From the NCBI GenBank assembly GCA_964252035.1, contig OZ176208.1: 64,000 nucleotides of DNA. The stretch is one strand, 5' to 3'. The notes beneath the pieces are model-generated. The model was not told the DNA's origin. It searched no databases and saw only the letters and a program-made list of their open reading frames with translations. The DNA is from Podarcis erhardii. Taxonomy: Eukaryota. Both the position numbers and the translations under genes were made by a program. Positions within the stretch are counted from its first letter, which is position 1. Every line of letters begins with the position of its first letter. Positions 1-11,165 of this stretch are shown here, piece after piece.

Positions 1-1399
1 CACTAATGAAATTCTGTTGCAAAATGCACCTAGAACAATGGGAGTTTCGAACACTGAAAATATCTCATACCTACTTCTTGAATCAGTGCGCCAGAGCACC
101 TAAATAATTTTAGCACAAAGTGGAATTAGTTGAATGTCAGATTGCCTGTGCCATTTCCATGGAATGTATACACACTGTAGGTTTCCAGAGCATGTTTTAG
201 TATATAGCTAGGGTTCATTATTACCCCACATCAATTGAGAGCAGGGGTGGTAACCTCATGTCAAGGGCTGCATTCCCTTTTAGTCTGTTGGCAGCATGCT
301 AATAGTAGATGGGACAAGAATTAAAAGTCGGAGGGCCACCCCTTTTGTCTCTTTACACCACCCCTTTTGAACACCCTCTTTCTGCTATCCCATTTCCCCT
401 CCTGTCGTTGTTACTCTTATGTAATTAGGCCAAGTACTGGATGGAATTGGACTAAGGGCAGCAGGTTGCCCATCCATTCTAAAATATGCTCAAGTTTCAG
501 ATTGCAGGTAAATATAATAACGATGAGCTTTTAGAAAAGCTTGTCTGATGTCATTGATCTTTTAAATGAGTTGATTACCTTTTTGCAAAACCAGTGTTCC
601 CTACAACATACTTTGAAAGCCACTTTTTTAAAAAGTACAGTACTCTTATCACAGTAGCTAAAACCATACATTTTGTTCATTGCAACCCATGTTTATGTGT
701 CACTAAGGGCTCACAATACTCCAACAACAAGGGTTGATAGTAGAGCTACTTATTTTATTTTTCATTAGATATGAAGGAAACACCCATATTTATAGAAAAT
801 AAATTGCAGATGGCACAGAGCCACTGATTCAGTTTTTTTAAAATAAAAAAATGACAATATAAGCCTATGCTTGTCTACAGAGTTGAAGAAGAATATACGG
901 ATATAAAAGGATGGAACTATGTACAGTAGAGGAAAACAGGGTAATGTTCTGGAAACTGAACTTAGGGGTCTAAAACTGAAACATCTTTACTTACCTTAAA
1001 ATACAGTTACAACTGTTATTTTATAGTACAGCGCTACAGGGGTGTGATATATTGCCATGTCAAATATTATGAAACATGCTGTTTTAAAAATATATCCTGT
1101 GTGTCAATTGGTTTATACTAGTTTTAATTAAACATTTGTACTACTGTACTTGCCCAAAAGCTTCAGTTGTAACCACAATCCAGCAACATGTATGCAACAC
1201 ATCCAGGTGTGAACCTGGGCTTATTGGGTGTTCTCGCTCTCTTTTTTCTTAAGAGACTCCATGTATTGATTCTGTATGGGGTTTGTGTGTGTGTGTTACA
1301 CAAAACAGTTTGGAGATTTGGAATATGACTTTCCTAACTGGTGTACCTACTGTTAGTTGCATGTGTATAGCACTTGTTGAATCAGGTACTAGTTGAATC

Positions 1400-1690
1400 A
1401 AGGCTTTTTCTACAGTGGCTCCTCTTTTGTGGAATGTTCTCCCCAGGGAGGCTCTCCTGACACCTTCATTACATATCTTTGGTGCCAGGCAAAAACATTT
1501 CTCTTTAACCAGGTTTGGCTGATTAACATTCTATGGCTTTTTTAATTGTAGGAGGAGGGGTTATTGGTTTGTTTTCGCTTGATTATGTATTTTATATTCT
1601 AATTTTGTTTTTGTCTGTTGTGAACTGCCCTGGGATCTTCAGTTGAAGGATGACATACAAACTTAATTAATAAATATTAATAATAATACT
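1400..1690 (+). mobile_element. Degraded L2-type LINE 3' tail
   Basis: '...ctccccagggagg...ggcaaaaacatt...tgtgaactgccctggga...' ending in a (TAA)-rich tail; similar to pieces at 58825-59440 and 45230-45290. Boundaries approximate. Confidence 0.55.
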
Positions 1691-2120
1691 AATAGTGTAG
1701 TTGAGAAGCTTCTGTTTAATTTATTAGTGGTGTGAATAGACATACAGTAAAATAAAAGTGCTTTAAAGGTTTTTATAATTGACTTCACATTGGACCAATA
1801 AAGGCTATTCAAAATATTACTGGGAGTAGAGAAATGATATAGTATAGTGGCAGATAGAGTGCTCAAAACAGGTCACACCTGCTTATTTCTGATTCCAATA
1901 CCCAAATTAGTGTTTGTGTTTAGACATTGCATGAATTAGGATGGTGCAAATAAGCATGATGTCCAAATGCAACAGATAAGTTTCATTGCAACAGCTCCTA
2001 GTACTCTAGAGGCAGTTCATAGTCTTCCTACACCTAGATTTTTGTGGGCTTAAAGGAACTAAGGTGTTTTGAAAACAGGATAAAGATTCTACTTGGTACT
2101 TCTTGGGAATTCCTCTAGGA

Positions 2121-2624
2121 CAGTGGTTTTCAACCAGTGTGCCGTGGCACCCTGGGGTGCCTTGAATGATGGTCAGGGATGCCGCAGGCAACCCTGGCCT
2201 CTGTCTCTTTTTCCTTCCCTCGCTCCCTCTGATGCCCTCTTGTGTCTCTGCCCCATAAAGGCTTGCATAGCTATTTGTTGCAGCAGCTTTGGCTACAAGC
2301 TTCCCAGGTGAGTGGGGCCTCTGGGGCTGGCCAGGGGGTGCTTCCCAGGCCCCTGTGGGGTTGTGTGAGGAGGCACCTCTCTTTGGGGCAGGGAGAGCAG
2401 ATCAGAGACCAGGGGTAGCAGCCCAGAAGATTCCCAAGGAGAGGGGAGAGGGGAGAGGGGGCTGAGGGAACACTCCACAAGGGATGGTGTTCGAAAACGG
2501 GTGAGGGGTTGCCAGCTCTGTAGGCAAGGGGTGACATAACTGGGTTCCTGAGCCCCAGAGGGGTGCCGCAGACAGACTGCAGTTGGTCAAGGGAACTGTG
2601 GATTCAAAAACGGTAAAACCTCTG
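2121..2624. mobile_element. hAT-type non-autonomous DNA transposon (MITE)
   Basis: TIRs CAGTGGTTTTCAACC / GGTAAAACCTCTG; perfect 8-bp TSD CTCTAGGA (2113-2120, 2625-2632); second copy at 52232-52663. Confidence 0.9.
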
Positions 2625-2830
2625 CTCTAGGAATTAAACTAGTACTTTTACTTTCAGCAACTTTGTTAGGCTGGTCGGTACAGTTTCTGTTTCTAAAATG
2701 GCTAGGAAGCATCTAACATTGGTGAGACGAGGGATAACAGGAATTTGTGGTGTGCCTGGATAGCTTTGCTATGGTCCATAGTGATGGTGCTTAAGCTCCT
2801 GCTTCTTCTTAATCACTTTGCTGTTGCTTA

Positions 2831-3173
2831 AAGGTAAAGGGACCCCTGACCATTAGGTCCAGTCGTGGCTGACTCTGGGGTTGCGACGCTCATCTCGCTT
2901 TATTGGCTGAGGGAGCCGGCGTACAGCTTCCGGGTCATGTGGCCAGCATGACTAAGCTGCTTCTGGCGAACCAGAGCAGCACACGGAAACACTGTTTACC
3001 TTCCTTCCGGAGTGGTACCGATTTATCTATTTGCACTTTGACGTGCTTTCAAACTGCTAGGTTGGCAGGAGCAGGGACCAAGCAACTGGAGCTCACCCCG
3101 TCGCGGGGATTTGAACCGCCGACCTTCTGATCAGCAAGTCCTTGGCTCTGTGGTTTAACCCACAGTGCCACCC
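2831..3173 (-). mobile_element. Sauria SINE (tRNA-derived head, Bov-B-like tail)
   Basis: Lacertid-type Sauria SINE sequence with (CCTTTA)n tail on the minus strand; 11-bp TSD GCTGTTGCTTA (2820-2830, 3174-3184). Confidence 0.92.
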
Positions 3174-4979
3174 GCTGTTGCTTAGCCTATGGCTATTTGT
3201 TGTAGCACTCTCTGGTCCTGTTCAAATGTAACAGGATCCCATGGCTTGGCGTTGTGGCCAGGGATGATAGAAGCTGCAGTGCAGTAACCTTTGCAGGACC
3301 ACAAGCTCCCCACACCTGATCTAGATGCATTCTAATCTGGTTTGAGACCATGTTTTGGGACCAAGGAGGACTTGATTGCCCTGAAGGATCACCTTTTTCA
3401 AGAGAAGCACCGGGGGGGGGGGACACACGGGGGGTGACCCTATTACTTCTGCTGGATCACTCTTTGCATTTTAAGACTGTCGCCCAAGGTATCCTGGTTG
3501 AACTCCATGGATTCAGTATAGGAGGCACTGTACCTCAGCGGTGCTACCTACAGAGCTGGTTTCATAGAGTCGCATTGGGTGACCGTTTCTCAACCTCATA
3601 GCATTTGTGTTTTGGAGTTGTCTGTAGAAGGGAAGTGGAGACAGTATTTGAAAATCCCTGATGAAGGACCTGAGAGGTCTGACTCATGCTCAGTTTTTTA
3701 TCTCGCCCCCCCCCCCCCCGCTTGCCTAGTAACTGAAACCATTAAAGGAGACTCTTCTGATAGCGCTATACTTTTTGAAAACATGTTGTGGTCAATGGGA
3801 ATATATAGCCCATACAATCTGCTTTATGTTTTTGGCAGAAGTTAAGATCGTGTTCATCCAGTTGTTCCTGATAGTACACTTGTTTGGTCACTGGATGTTA
3901 GGTACTATTATTGTGTTGGTCTATGCTTTTATTCATTGTATGATTATTTTAATGTTTTGAAGATCACTTTAATATTTTTAAGTAATCGATGGTATATAAG
4001 CATTTTAAATACATAGAACAATAATTATTTACTTCGTTTTTCTGCCCCATAAGCTGCATGCTACATGAATCTTAAAACATAAATTGCTTCAGAATGCCTC
4101 ATGAGAAGCAACTCATAAATTAAAATAATAACAATAACAAAAATACTAGTAATACACATATGTTTTCAGAAGGTCTTTCAGAACTAGATAACTTTATTCA
4201 GTCATTGGGGTGGTGGTGATGGTACTGGGCAGTCCGGAAATAGCTGCTTACACTTTGAAGGATAATGCATATGAATGTTTTCTGTGTTGCAGGTCAAGAA
4301 GGTATGGATCTCCTTGTAAAATCAGGATGTTTTGCATTACACTTTTAAATAAGGGCACTCTGTATTAGGGTTAGAGTTGCATTTAGAAAGTGAACTGAGA
4401 TGATAAGGCAGGGGTCTGCAACCTTTAAGACAAAAAGAGCCACTTGGACCCATTTCCAAAGGAAAAAAAAACTGGGAGCCGCAAAACAAGCCAAATGTAA
4501 ATAACCACACATTCTTCCCCTTCCCCCATTCTCTCTCTTTTCCCTGAGTCTATTTCAGATAGCAAAGAGGGGTATGGTACCTCTCATATCCATTTTTTGC
4601 AAAGCACCATGTGCATAGAGGGCATTATACAAATTAATACATAGAAAAGTGTCTGTCCCTCCCTGCAGTTCAACTCCTCCTCTTTTTACTAACAGCACAT
4701 ATCCATTCCTTCTGCTGGTGCAACTTTCTCATCATTTCTACATAGCAGCATTTATAAACCAGTGCCAGAGAAACTGGGTGAAAGGAAGGTGAGAGGGAAG
4801 AGATATGAATATTTATGTGTGTATATATATATACATACACCTACACAATTACAGGTTTGAAGCCAACTTAAAATAAAAAGAGCTGGTAAGCAAAGGAATC
4901 TGTGGTGCTTTCCATGGGATCCGGGGACATGTCAGCTAATACTCTTCCCTTTCTTCTTCATTTGCTTGTCTCTGCAGCA

Positions 4980-5800
4980 AATCTCGAGGGGGAAGGGAGA
5001 AGGGCAGCAATTGCATAGGCACGAGAGAATGGGGGAAATCCCGCATGCATGATTTTGGTGCCTAACAGCCCCCCCTCCCTCTGCAATTGCTCTCGTGCTC
5101 CCCCGCCTCTCTCTGAGGCCGAGATGCTGCATCACGGCACACACTGGCTACCTCTGGACCCCCTCCTCGTCACTGACGTAATTCACCCCTTCCTCCCTGA
5201 CAGGGAGGGCGGGCCCATTTTGTCGTTCACCTCAGGTGCTCTCCCTCAACTCGGCGGCCACTCAGAAGCAAGGCACGGAAAAGGATCCCGAAGCACCACT
5301 GCCACCCCTCACACACACACAAAAACCCCGCCCCGTCACTTCCCTCAAGCGCGTGCGCTCTCTCTCCCTCAGGTGCCTCGCGCGCGGGGCTGAGGAGATT
5401 GTGGCCTGGGAGAGCGTTCCCCCTCGCCGCCACCGCCCGTCCTACTCCGGGGGAAGCTATGAGCCATGAAGCCGCCTAGCAGAACTTCCCTCCGGTGGCA
5501 GAAGCAGCAGCAGCAGCAGCAGCCCTTCTCTGGCCGCCGCCGCCGCCTCCTCCATCCCAGCAGCCGCCGCCTTGTTTTGCCCGGCTCGGCTGCCCAGCTC
5601 CATCCCCCTCCTCTTTCTGGCGCTTCTGCTTTTCTGCTCAGGGTCCCTGAGGATGTGCGGAGCCGCGGCAAAGGTGTAAAAGAGCCGCGGGTTGCCGACT
5701 CCTGTGATAAGGAGAAAGGGATTTCAAGACATTGTGACTGCATACAAACAAACAGAATTTCAGTTTGGGTTGTTGCTGGTTTTTTGCAACTTTATCGTGG
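4980..5800. promoter_or_regulatory. CpG island with housekeeping-type promoter motifs
   Basis: Dense CpGs against an AT-rich background. Inverted CRE half-sites CGTCA-C-TGACG 5168-5178; GC box CCCCGCCCC 5326-5334; CGTCACTTCC (CRE/ETS-like) 5334-5343; NRF1-like GCGCGTGCGC 5349-5358; (GCA)n and (GCC)n tracts typical of 5'UTRs. Boundaries approximate, direction unproven. Confidence 0.75.
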
Positions 5801-7229
5801 GTAAATAAGTTATTCCTGTTTGCAGCAGAAACTGGCCCTGAAGAGTCCTGATTGGTTTACCCCTTCAGTGTCACAGGGCCAGGCCCCTCTCAAACTTTCC
5901 GGAACAGTTTTTGTTTGCTTCTAAAGCACATTATTTGTGCCCTTTTTTGTATCAGTAGCATGGCAAAGTTGCAAGTAGTGAATGTTCACATTGCCCTTAA
6001 TTTTAAAATTTTATTTAAAGGCAGACACCTGGCCTGTAATGGGCGGAAGGGCAAAACAAACGACAGACTTGGTGTTCAATTTGCTGGCCAGTATATCTGT
6101 CAAAAGGTTGTGAAGGCAGGGGAAAAGCTGGCCTCAAGCTGTGGAAAGAAAACGAACAAAAGGGCTTAGATTTTAAGTGCTTAGCTTTTTTACAGGAATA
6201 AATGCTTTAATAGTTGTGTTTCTGCACTACCTGCAAGCTTTATATTTGCTTACTTCACAATTATTATACTTTCTGTTAGGTAATTAGGAATAGTGAGCCA
6301 GTTAGGTTATTCACAAATTTATGGAAGACTGGGAAATGCCTTAGGATGTGAAAAACAGTGCATTTTTGGTTTCACCTTTTCCTTAAACATTGGATGGCCA
6401 AAAGGAATGCAATTCTGTTTTCTTCTCCTTTTATGTACTTTATGAATCTGCTAAAGCCCATTGTCAGCTAGACTTTTCAGTTGGAAAGCCAATTGGCCTG
6501 GCCAACGAGACTTGTGTGCCAGCAGTATTTTATAGTAATGTTGAGAGCAATACAGTTCTTGTGCTAATGTGTAAAAAGCCTGGAGGGTATAGGCTAGCTA
6601 TATATAAATATCTCATTGGAGGTAGAAGACAAGGTAGCATAAATAAATAACATAGAAAATGACTTTTTAAAATGTAGTCACTGTAGGTGAGTGTTGACTT
6701 AAATAATGTTCTTTATAATTGCTTAACTGGTGAAGGAAAGGAGCCTATTGCAAACCAAGGCCACAGTCTCAGTGTGCTCCTGGACTTAATGCAATCTCCT
6801 TGCTTGTTCCAAGGATATAGTGGACAGCTTAGGATGTTATATACAGCTTGCGGGAGAAGAGTTTCTTAGCATAAGCATCTCTTCCCCTCCTCCCCAAACA
6901 TGCAGCATAATGGGTGAGATTTAGTGTAGTCTGAGCAGGCATCTGCTTCACCTCCCCTGAAATCCTTCTCTGTGCCCCCCAAATCTGCTCAGGGCAATTG
7001 GGGGACCCTAAAACAGAATTTGGGAGGACAGATTGCGGAGTGGGAGGAGAGAAACTGGAAATCCCATTGTGCACGTGGGCAGACATTATTGGATGTCTCT
7101 CGCTATTCTAAGTCTTTTGGAATGCTGCTTCTCTGAACAATTATGTTCTAACACCTTCAGTGTATATGTGGATTCAAAATTGCAGTCCATAACTATTGCA
7201 ATAGCTATTGCAGCTTAGCTGGAACAGCA

Positions 7230-7310
7230 AAAGATTCCTGCATTGCAGGGGGCTGAACTATAGATGGTCCTTGTTGTCCCATCCAACACCACAATTCTGT
7301 GATTCTGTAG
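7230..7310 (+). mobile_element. CR1-type LINE 3' end fragment
   Basis: 'gattcctgcattgcagggggctgaact...gtcccatccaac...attctgtgattctgt' resembles the CR1 terminal stem and ATTCT(G/A)TG repeat. Confidence 0.6.
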
Positions 7311-7339
7311 CTCCATATACCTGGTCAAAACAAAATAAA

Positions 7340-7428
7340 AAAATTTTTTCCTTCCAGTAGCACCTTAAAGACCAACTGAGTTAGTTCTAGGTATGAGCTT
7401 TCGTGTGCATGCACACTTCTTCAGATAC
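7340..7428. mobile_element. Probable Penelope-like element terminal fragment
   Basis: 'cttccagtagcaccttaaagaccaact...gtatgagctttcgtgtgcatgcacacttcttcagatac' resembles a common lizard repeat end; family assignment is from recall only. Confidence 0.5.
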
Positions 7429-8286
7429 CTGCTTAGCTATGGTTAGTAGATACACAGTACTTCAACATTCTGTATATTGGTTTAAAATTGGAAGTATTTA
7501 GCATACAAAAGACTTGAAGGAAAATTTGTGGCACCATGTGGACATCTGAGCTAGTAAATTTTGTGATTTAATTATTAGTTGACGATGTCAGGAGGGTCTG
7601 CCATAGTTTTGTCTACAAAAAATATATTTACTTCTCTGAAAGATAGCACCGTAAGTCTTTGGAGACCGTAACCTTTTAGAGCAAGTTTGTAACCTGTCTT
7701 TGTGAGGTAATGAGAGTCACTAACTTTGTCTCCAACAAGTGCATAATAGAAAACGTAAAATGTTTGCTCTGTTGTAAATGTTCATTTGTAGTGCTTTCTG
7801 CAATGAAGAACACTTGCAAACAGTACTGGACATTTTCAGTCAACCCTAAACTTTACTATTAAATGAATGTCTTTCCCTTTGATGCTAATATCATTAATGT
7901 TACTAGTAGCTTAATTCATGCTGATAAAAATGAAATGTATCTTAATAGTGAAGCAGCAAAGTCTATTATTAATCATGGATATTGTGAATTTGCTTCACAT
8001 TGAGGTATCCATTTATACACAGGCCTAAAAATAGCTTGACTATAGCACATTTTCAGTGGCATATATTTTTCTTCCACCTTTCCTTATTTTTGAAGTTGCA
8101 TTATTAGAGGGAGGTTTTGTGGCTCCCGCCAACGGTGGTGGAGGTGGGGGTAGTTTCTGCCCACGATAAGGAATACTAGATCTGTAATTACCTTACGTGT
8201 TTTAGGTTAAATGCCTAGAAGTGAAATTGTTGGGAGGGAAAAGGATTGTTAAAAATGCATCTTGCATTGTTAAAAATGCATCTTGC

Positions 8287-8504
8287 AGTCCTGTTTAAGA
8301 ATGATTCAGTTTACGAACTCTGCAAAACTGGAAATCGTGTCCCGGTTTGCGAACTTTACCTCGGTCTAAGAATGGAATCCGAACGGCGGAAGGGCACTAG
8401 TGGTGGGAGGCCACATTAGGGAAAGCACGCCTCGGTTTAAGAATGGTTTCGGTTTAACAACAGACTTCCGGAACAGATTAAGTTCTTAAACCAAGGTACC
8501 ATTG
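8287..8504. mobile_element. Tc1/mariner-type MITE lacking its left terminus
   Basis: Homologous to the complete copy at 62936-63176; right TIR ...CCAAGGTACCATTG then TA. Confidence 0.8.
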
Positions 8505-8625
8505 TATAAGCATTTTTTGGGATGGGTGTGTGTCAAAAAGCATTTCATTGGATTATTTGCTAATTTTCTGAGTGCAACCAGAAATAATTCTATTTAGATG
8601 CTCTGCATATAGTACATAGAGTCTG

Positions 8626-8885
8626 CCGTATTTTTCGCTCTATGAGACGCACCAGACCACAAGACGCACCTAGTTTTTAGAGGAGGAAAACAAGGAAAAA
8701 AAATATTCTGAATCTCAGAAGCCAGAACAGCAAGAGGGATCGCTGCGCAGTGAAAGCAACAATCCCTCTTGCTGTTCTGGCTTCTGGGATAGCTGCGCAG
8801 CCTGCATTCGCTCCATAAGACGCACACACATTTCCCCTTACTTTTTAGGAAGGAAAAAATGACTCTTATAGAGCAAAAAATACGG
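8626..8885. mobile_element. Tc1/mariner-type MITE (CCGTATTTTTCGC TIR family)
   Basis: TIRs CCGTATTTTTCGCTCTAT / ATAGAGCAAAAAATACGG + TA; related copy in opposite orientation at 36249-36709. Confidence 0.85.
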
Positions 8886-10414
8886 TAAATATGAGCACAG
8901 CTAAAATCCCATTTCCGGTCATGGCTGTAATGCATGTTAGAAATGGTGAACAAAACTTTGCGTTATATCTGTATATACAACAAACTAATATTAATGGTGT
9001 CCCAAGCTAAGAGAGAACTGTTGTATTATTTATTGTAGCTGCTACAGTTTGAGTACCATTTTCTAGTAAGTATGATCAGGTAATAAGACTTCATTGAAGG
9101 ATATGCATATTTAAAACCCTGCCCTGTTTAAGCATAGGAGCCCTTTGAGAATTTCATCTCTAGACTTCAAAGTATCTCCTTGGGAGTTGAATACACTGCT
9201 ATAACCTTGATGGGTCTTTCAGAGAAATAGTACATTCCTCCAGTTCTCCAAGGACAGTATTTTCCATAGGTGAAATATATATTTAAGAAATGCTTACCTG
9301 TTACCTTTTGGAATCAAAAAAATCTTTGTAGTTTAGAGAATTGTATAATTATAATACAGTCTACTAGAAGGGAGAGAGTCTTCAACCATTAACTTTTTGT
9401 CCTGCAAATAGTTTGCACCGTCATTGTTTTACAAGGTATGCATGAACTAGTATAGTTGCTTTAAAGAAGTAAGACTTGATTAACATGTTTTGAAAAACCA
9501 GTTTCCTTAGCTAAGCAGAAACTTTGCTAAGGTGAGTGGGCAGGAGTGATGTTAGAGGGCAAGGTAAGCAAAAGCAGCAGAATGTCTCCAGGCAGCAGGT
9601 GTGTGAATTCTGTAATGACTGGGTGGTCCCCATTAAATGTCATTATGGAAGCGTGGCAAGTTAAATTTTTGAGTCCCCAATAAATAAAGCTGGTTCATCA
9701 AGTCTAGTTATGTCAAGGAAAAACATACCTATATGCCTTGGCTTCATACACTTTTGTATAGGAATTGCAAACTGTATTTACTATCTTAAAGCCACTTTCG
9801 TGTGTACCTCTGTTTATAGGGAGGGTTTATCACAGTTGGTTTTGCTTTAAACTTGATATAAATTTAGAGCTGATTTTTGGAATGGAGACAACTTCATCCT
9901 AGCAGTGGATTTTTGCTAATTTGCAGCCTAATTATATGCTTTACTCAGTCCTAGTCAGTGATGTGCAGTGTTAAGTTTTCCCCCAGGTCTTAAGTTCATT
10001 AGTAACAAAGAACGGATGCCAATTGAAAATACAGTATTAGGCAAGCTTGGTAGTTTCAATGTTTTTAGCTTTGTGTACTAAATTCAAGTAAAATAAACTT
10101 GCTAAATTAGATCTTACTTTAGGGCATCAAAAAAAGTTTCACTGCAGATTACCCTAATTTCCCAGTTAACTTTTTTCTCACAAAACATACATCACTGGGG
10201 CAAGTTCTTGTATTACCATGGCAGCATAAGACCCACTGCTCCTTCCTGCGCCATCAGAGAATTTGAGAAGTCAATATGAAAAGAGTCCATTCTGCAGTTC
10301 CTGCCAGCGTTGAACCCTGGATTGATGGTGTCATATAGATGAATGATGGCACAGGCTTCTCCTGCATGGTTTGGAGTGTCTCATGTTCTCTTGGCAGTAT
10401 AGGAAGTGGGGGGG

Positions 10415-10770
10415 AGGGTAAAGAACACCTGGACTGTTAAGTCCAGTCAAAGGTGACTACGGGGTTGTGGCACTCATCTCAATTTCAGGCCAAGGGAGCT
10501 GGTGTTTGTCCACAGACAGTTTTCCGGGTCATGTGGCCAGCATGACTAAACTGCTTCTGGCTCAGCGGAACACCGTGATAGAAGCCAGAGCGCACAAAAA
10601 TGCTGTTTACCTTCCCACCACAGCAGTACCTATTTATCTACTCGCACTGGTGTGCTTTCGAACTGCTAGGTTGGCAAGAGCTGGGACAGAGCAACGGGAG
10701 CTCACTCCGTCACGGGAATTCGAACCGCCGACTTTCTGATCTGCAAGTCCAAGATCACAGCGCCATAGCA
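10415..10770 (-). mobile_element. Sauria SINE, more diverged subfamily
   Basis: Shares the core 'ttccgggtcatgtggccagcatgactaa...aactgctaggttggca...ttcgaaccgccgac' with 2831-3173. Ends approximate. Confidence 0.85.
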
Positions 10771-11049
10771 TGCACCAAAACCACCATGGCAACTTAAAAA
10801 GTTCCATTCAAGAAAACTCACTGGGGTCAAGAAGTGTTGCTCCCAAGTAAGATTTGATAGTAAAGTGAGAAAGAGAGAGGATGGCTTTCTTGCCATAGGC
10901 CATTGGTTTAGCTGCTATCACTGCAAGGTGATCAAGGGGGGGGGATCCAAAAAATCTGCACCAGGAGGTGGCAGTGAAGACACAAAGCATAAGCAAGAAG
11001 GCGGTCATCATCTAGCACCCACCACTGGTGTCAGCAACCCATGGTGGAA

Positions 11050-11165
11050 AATGCTAGTCCAGATGTGTTGAACCTGTGGCCCTCCAGATGTTGCTGGACC
11101 CACAACTCCCATCAGCCCCATCCAGCTTGGCCAGTGGTCAGGGATGATGGGAGTTTTTGTTTGGC
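11050..11165. mobile_element. Short squamate hAT-like MITE remnant
   Basis: 'ccagatgttgctggacccacaactcccatcagccc...gggatgatgggagtt' with internal inverted repeat; relatives at 13690-13826, ~29605-29730 and ~40835-40950. Confidence 0.6.

Noticed and set aside
2903-3130. Repeated similar ORFs 'GHVASMTKLLLA...FEPPTF' at 2903, 10467 and 55506, looking like a small gene family
   Set aside because: All lie within Sauria SINE copies on the antisense strand; the similarity reflects the repeat.
1-4980. Search for the neighbouring gene SMIM14 or the canonical UBE2K exon 1
   Set aside because: Neither coding sequence was found by eye on either strand; region treated as intron or intergenic DNA with TEs.
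5530-5652. Signal-peptide-like stretch (IPLLFLALLLFCSG) in frame with MCGAAAK
   Set aside because: No in-frame ATG upstream (TGA at 5467); a CT-rich tract explains the hydrophobic reading.
5466-5804. 112-aa polyQ/polyR ORF (MKPPSRTSLRWQKQQQQQQ...) and other ORFs in the CpG island
   Set aside because: GC-rich islands are stop-poor and give ORFs in all frames. At the 5800 donor this frame is phase 2, out of frame with UBE2K exon 2. At most a uORF.
6681-6692. Perfect donor consensus TAG|GTGAGT in UBE2K intron 1
   Set aside because: No convincing acceptor or open frame upstream; isolated consensus matches are expected by chance.
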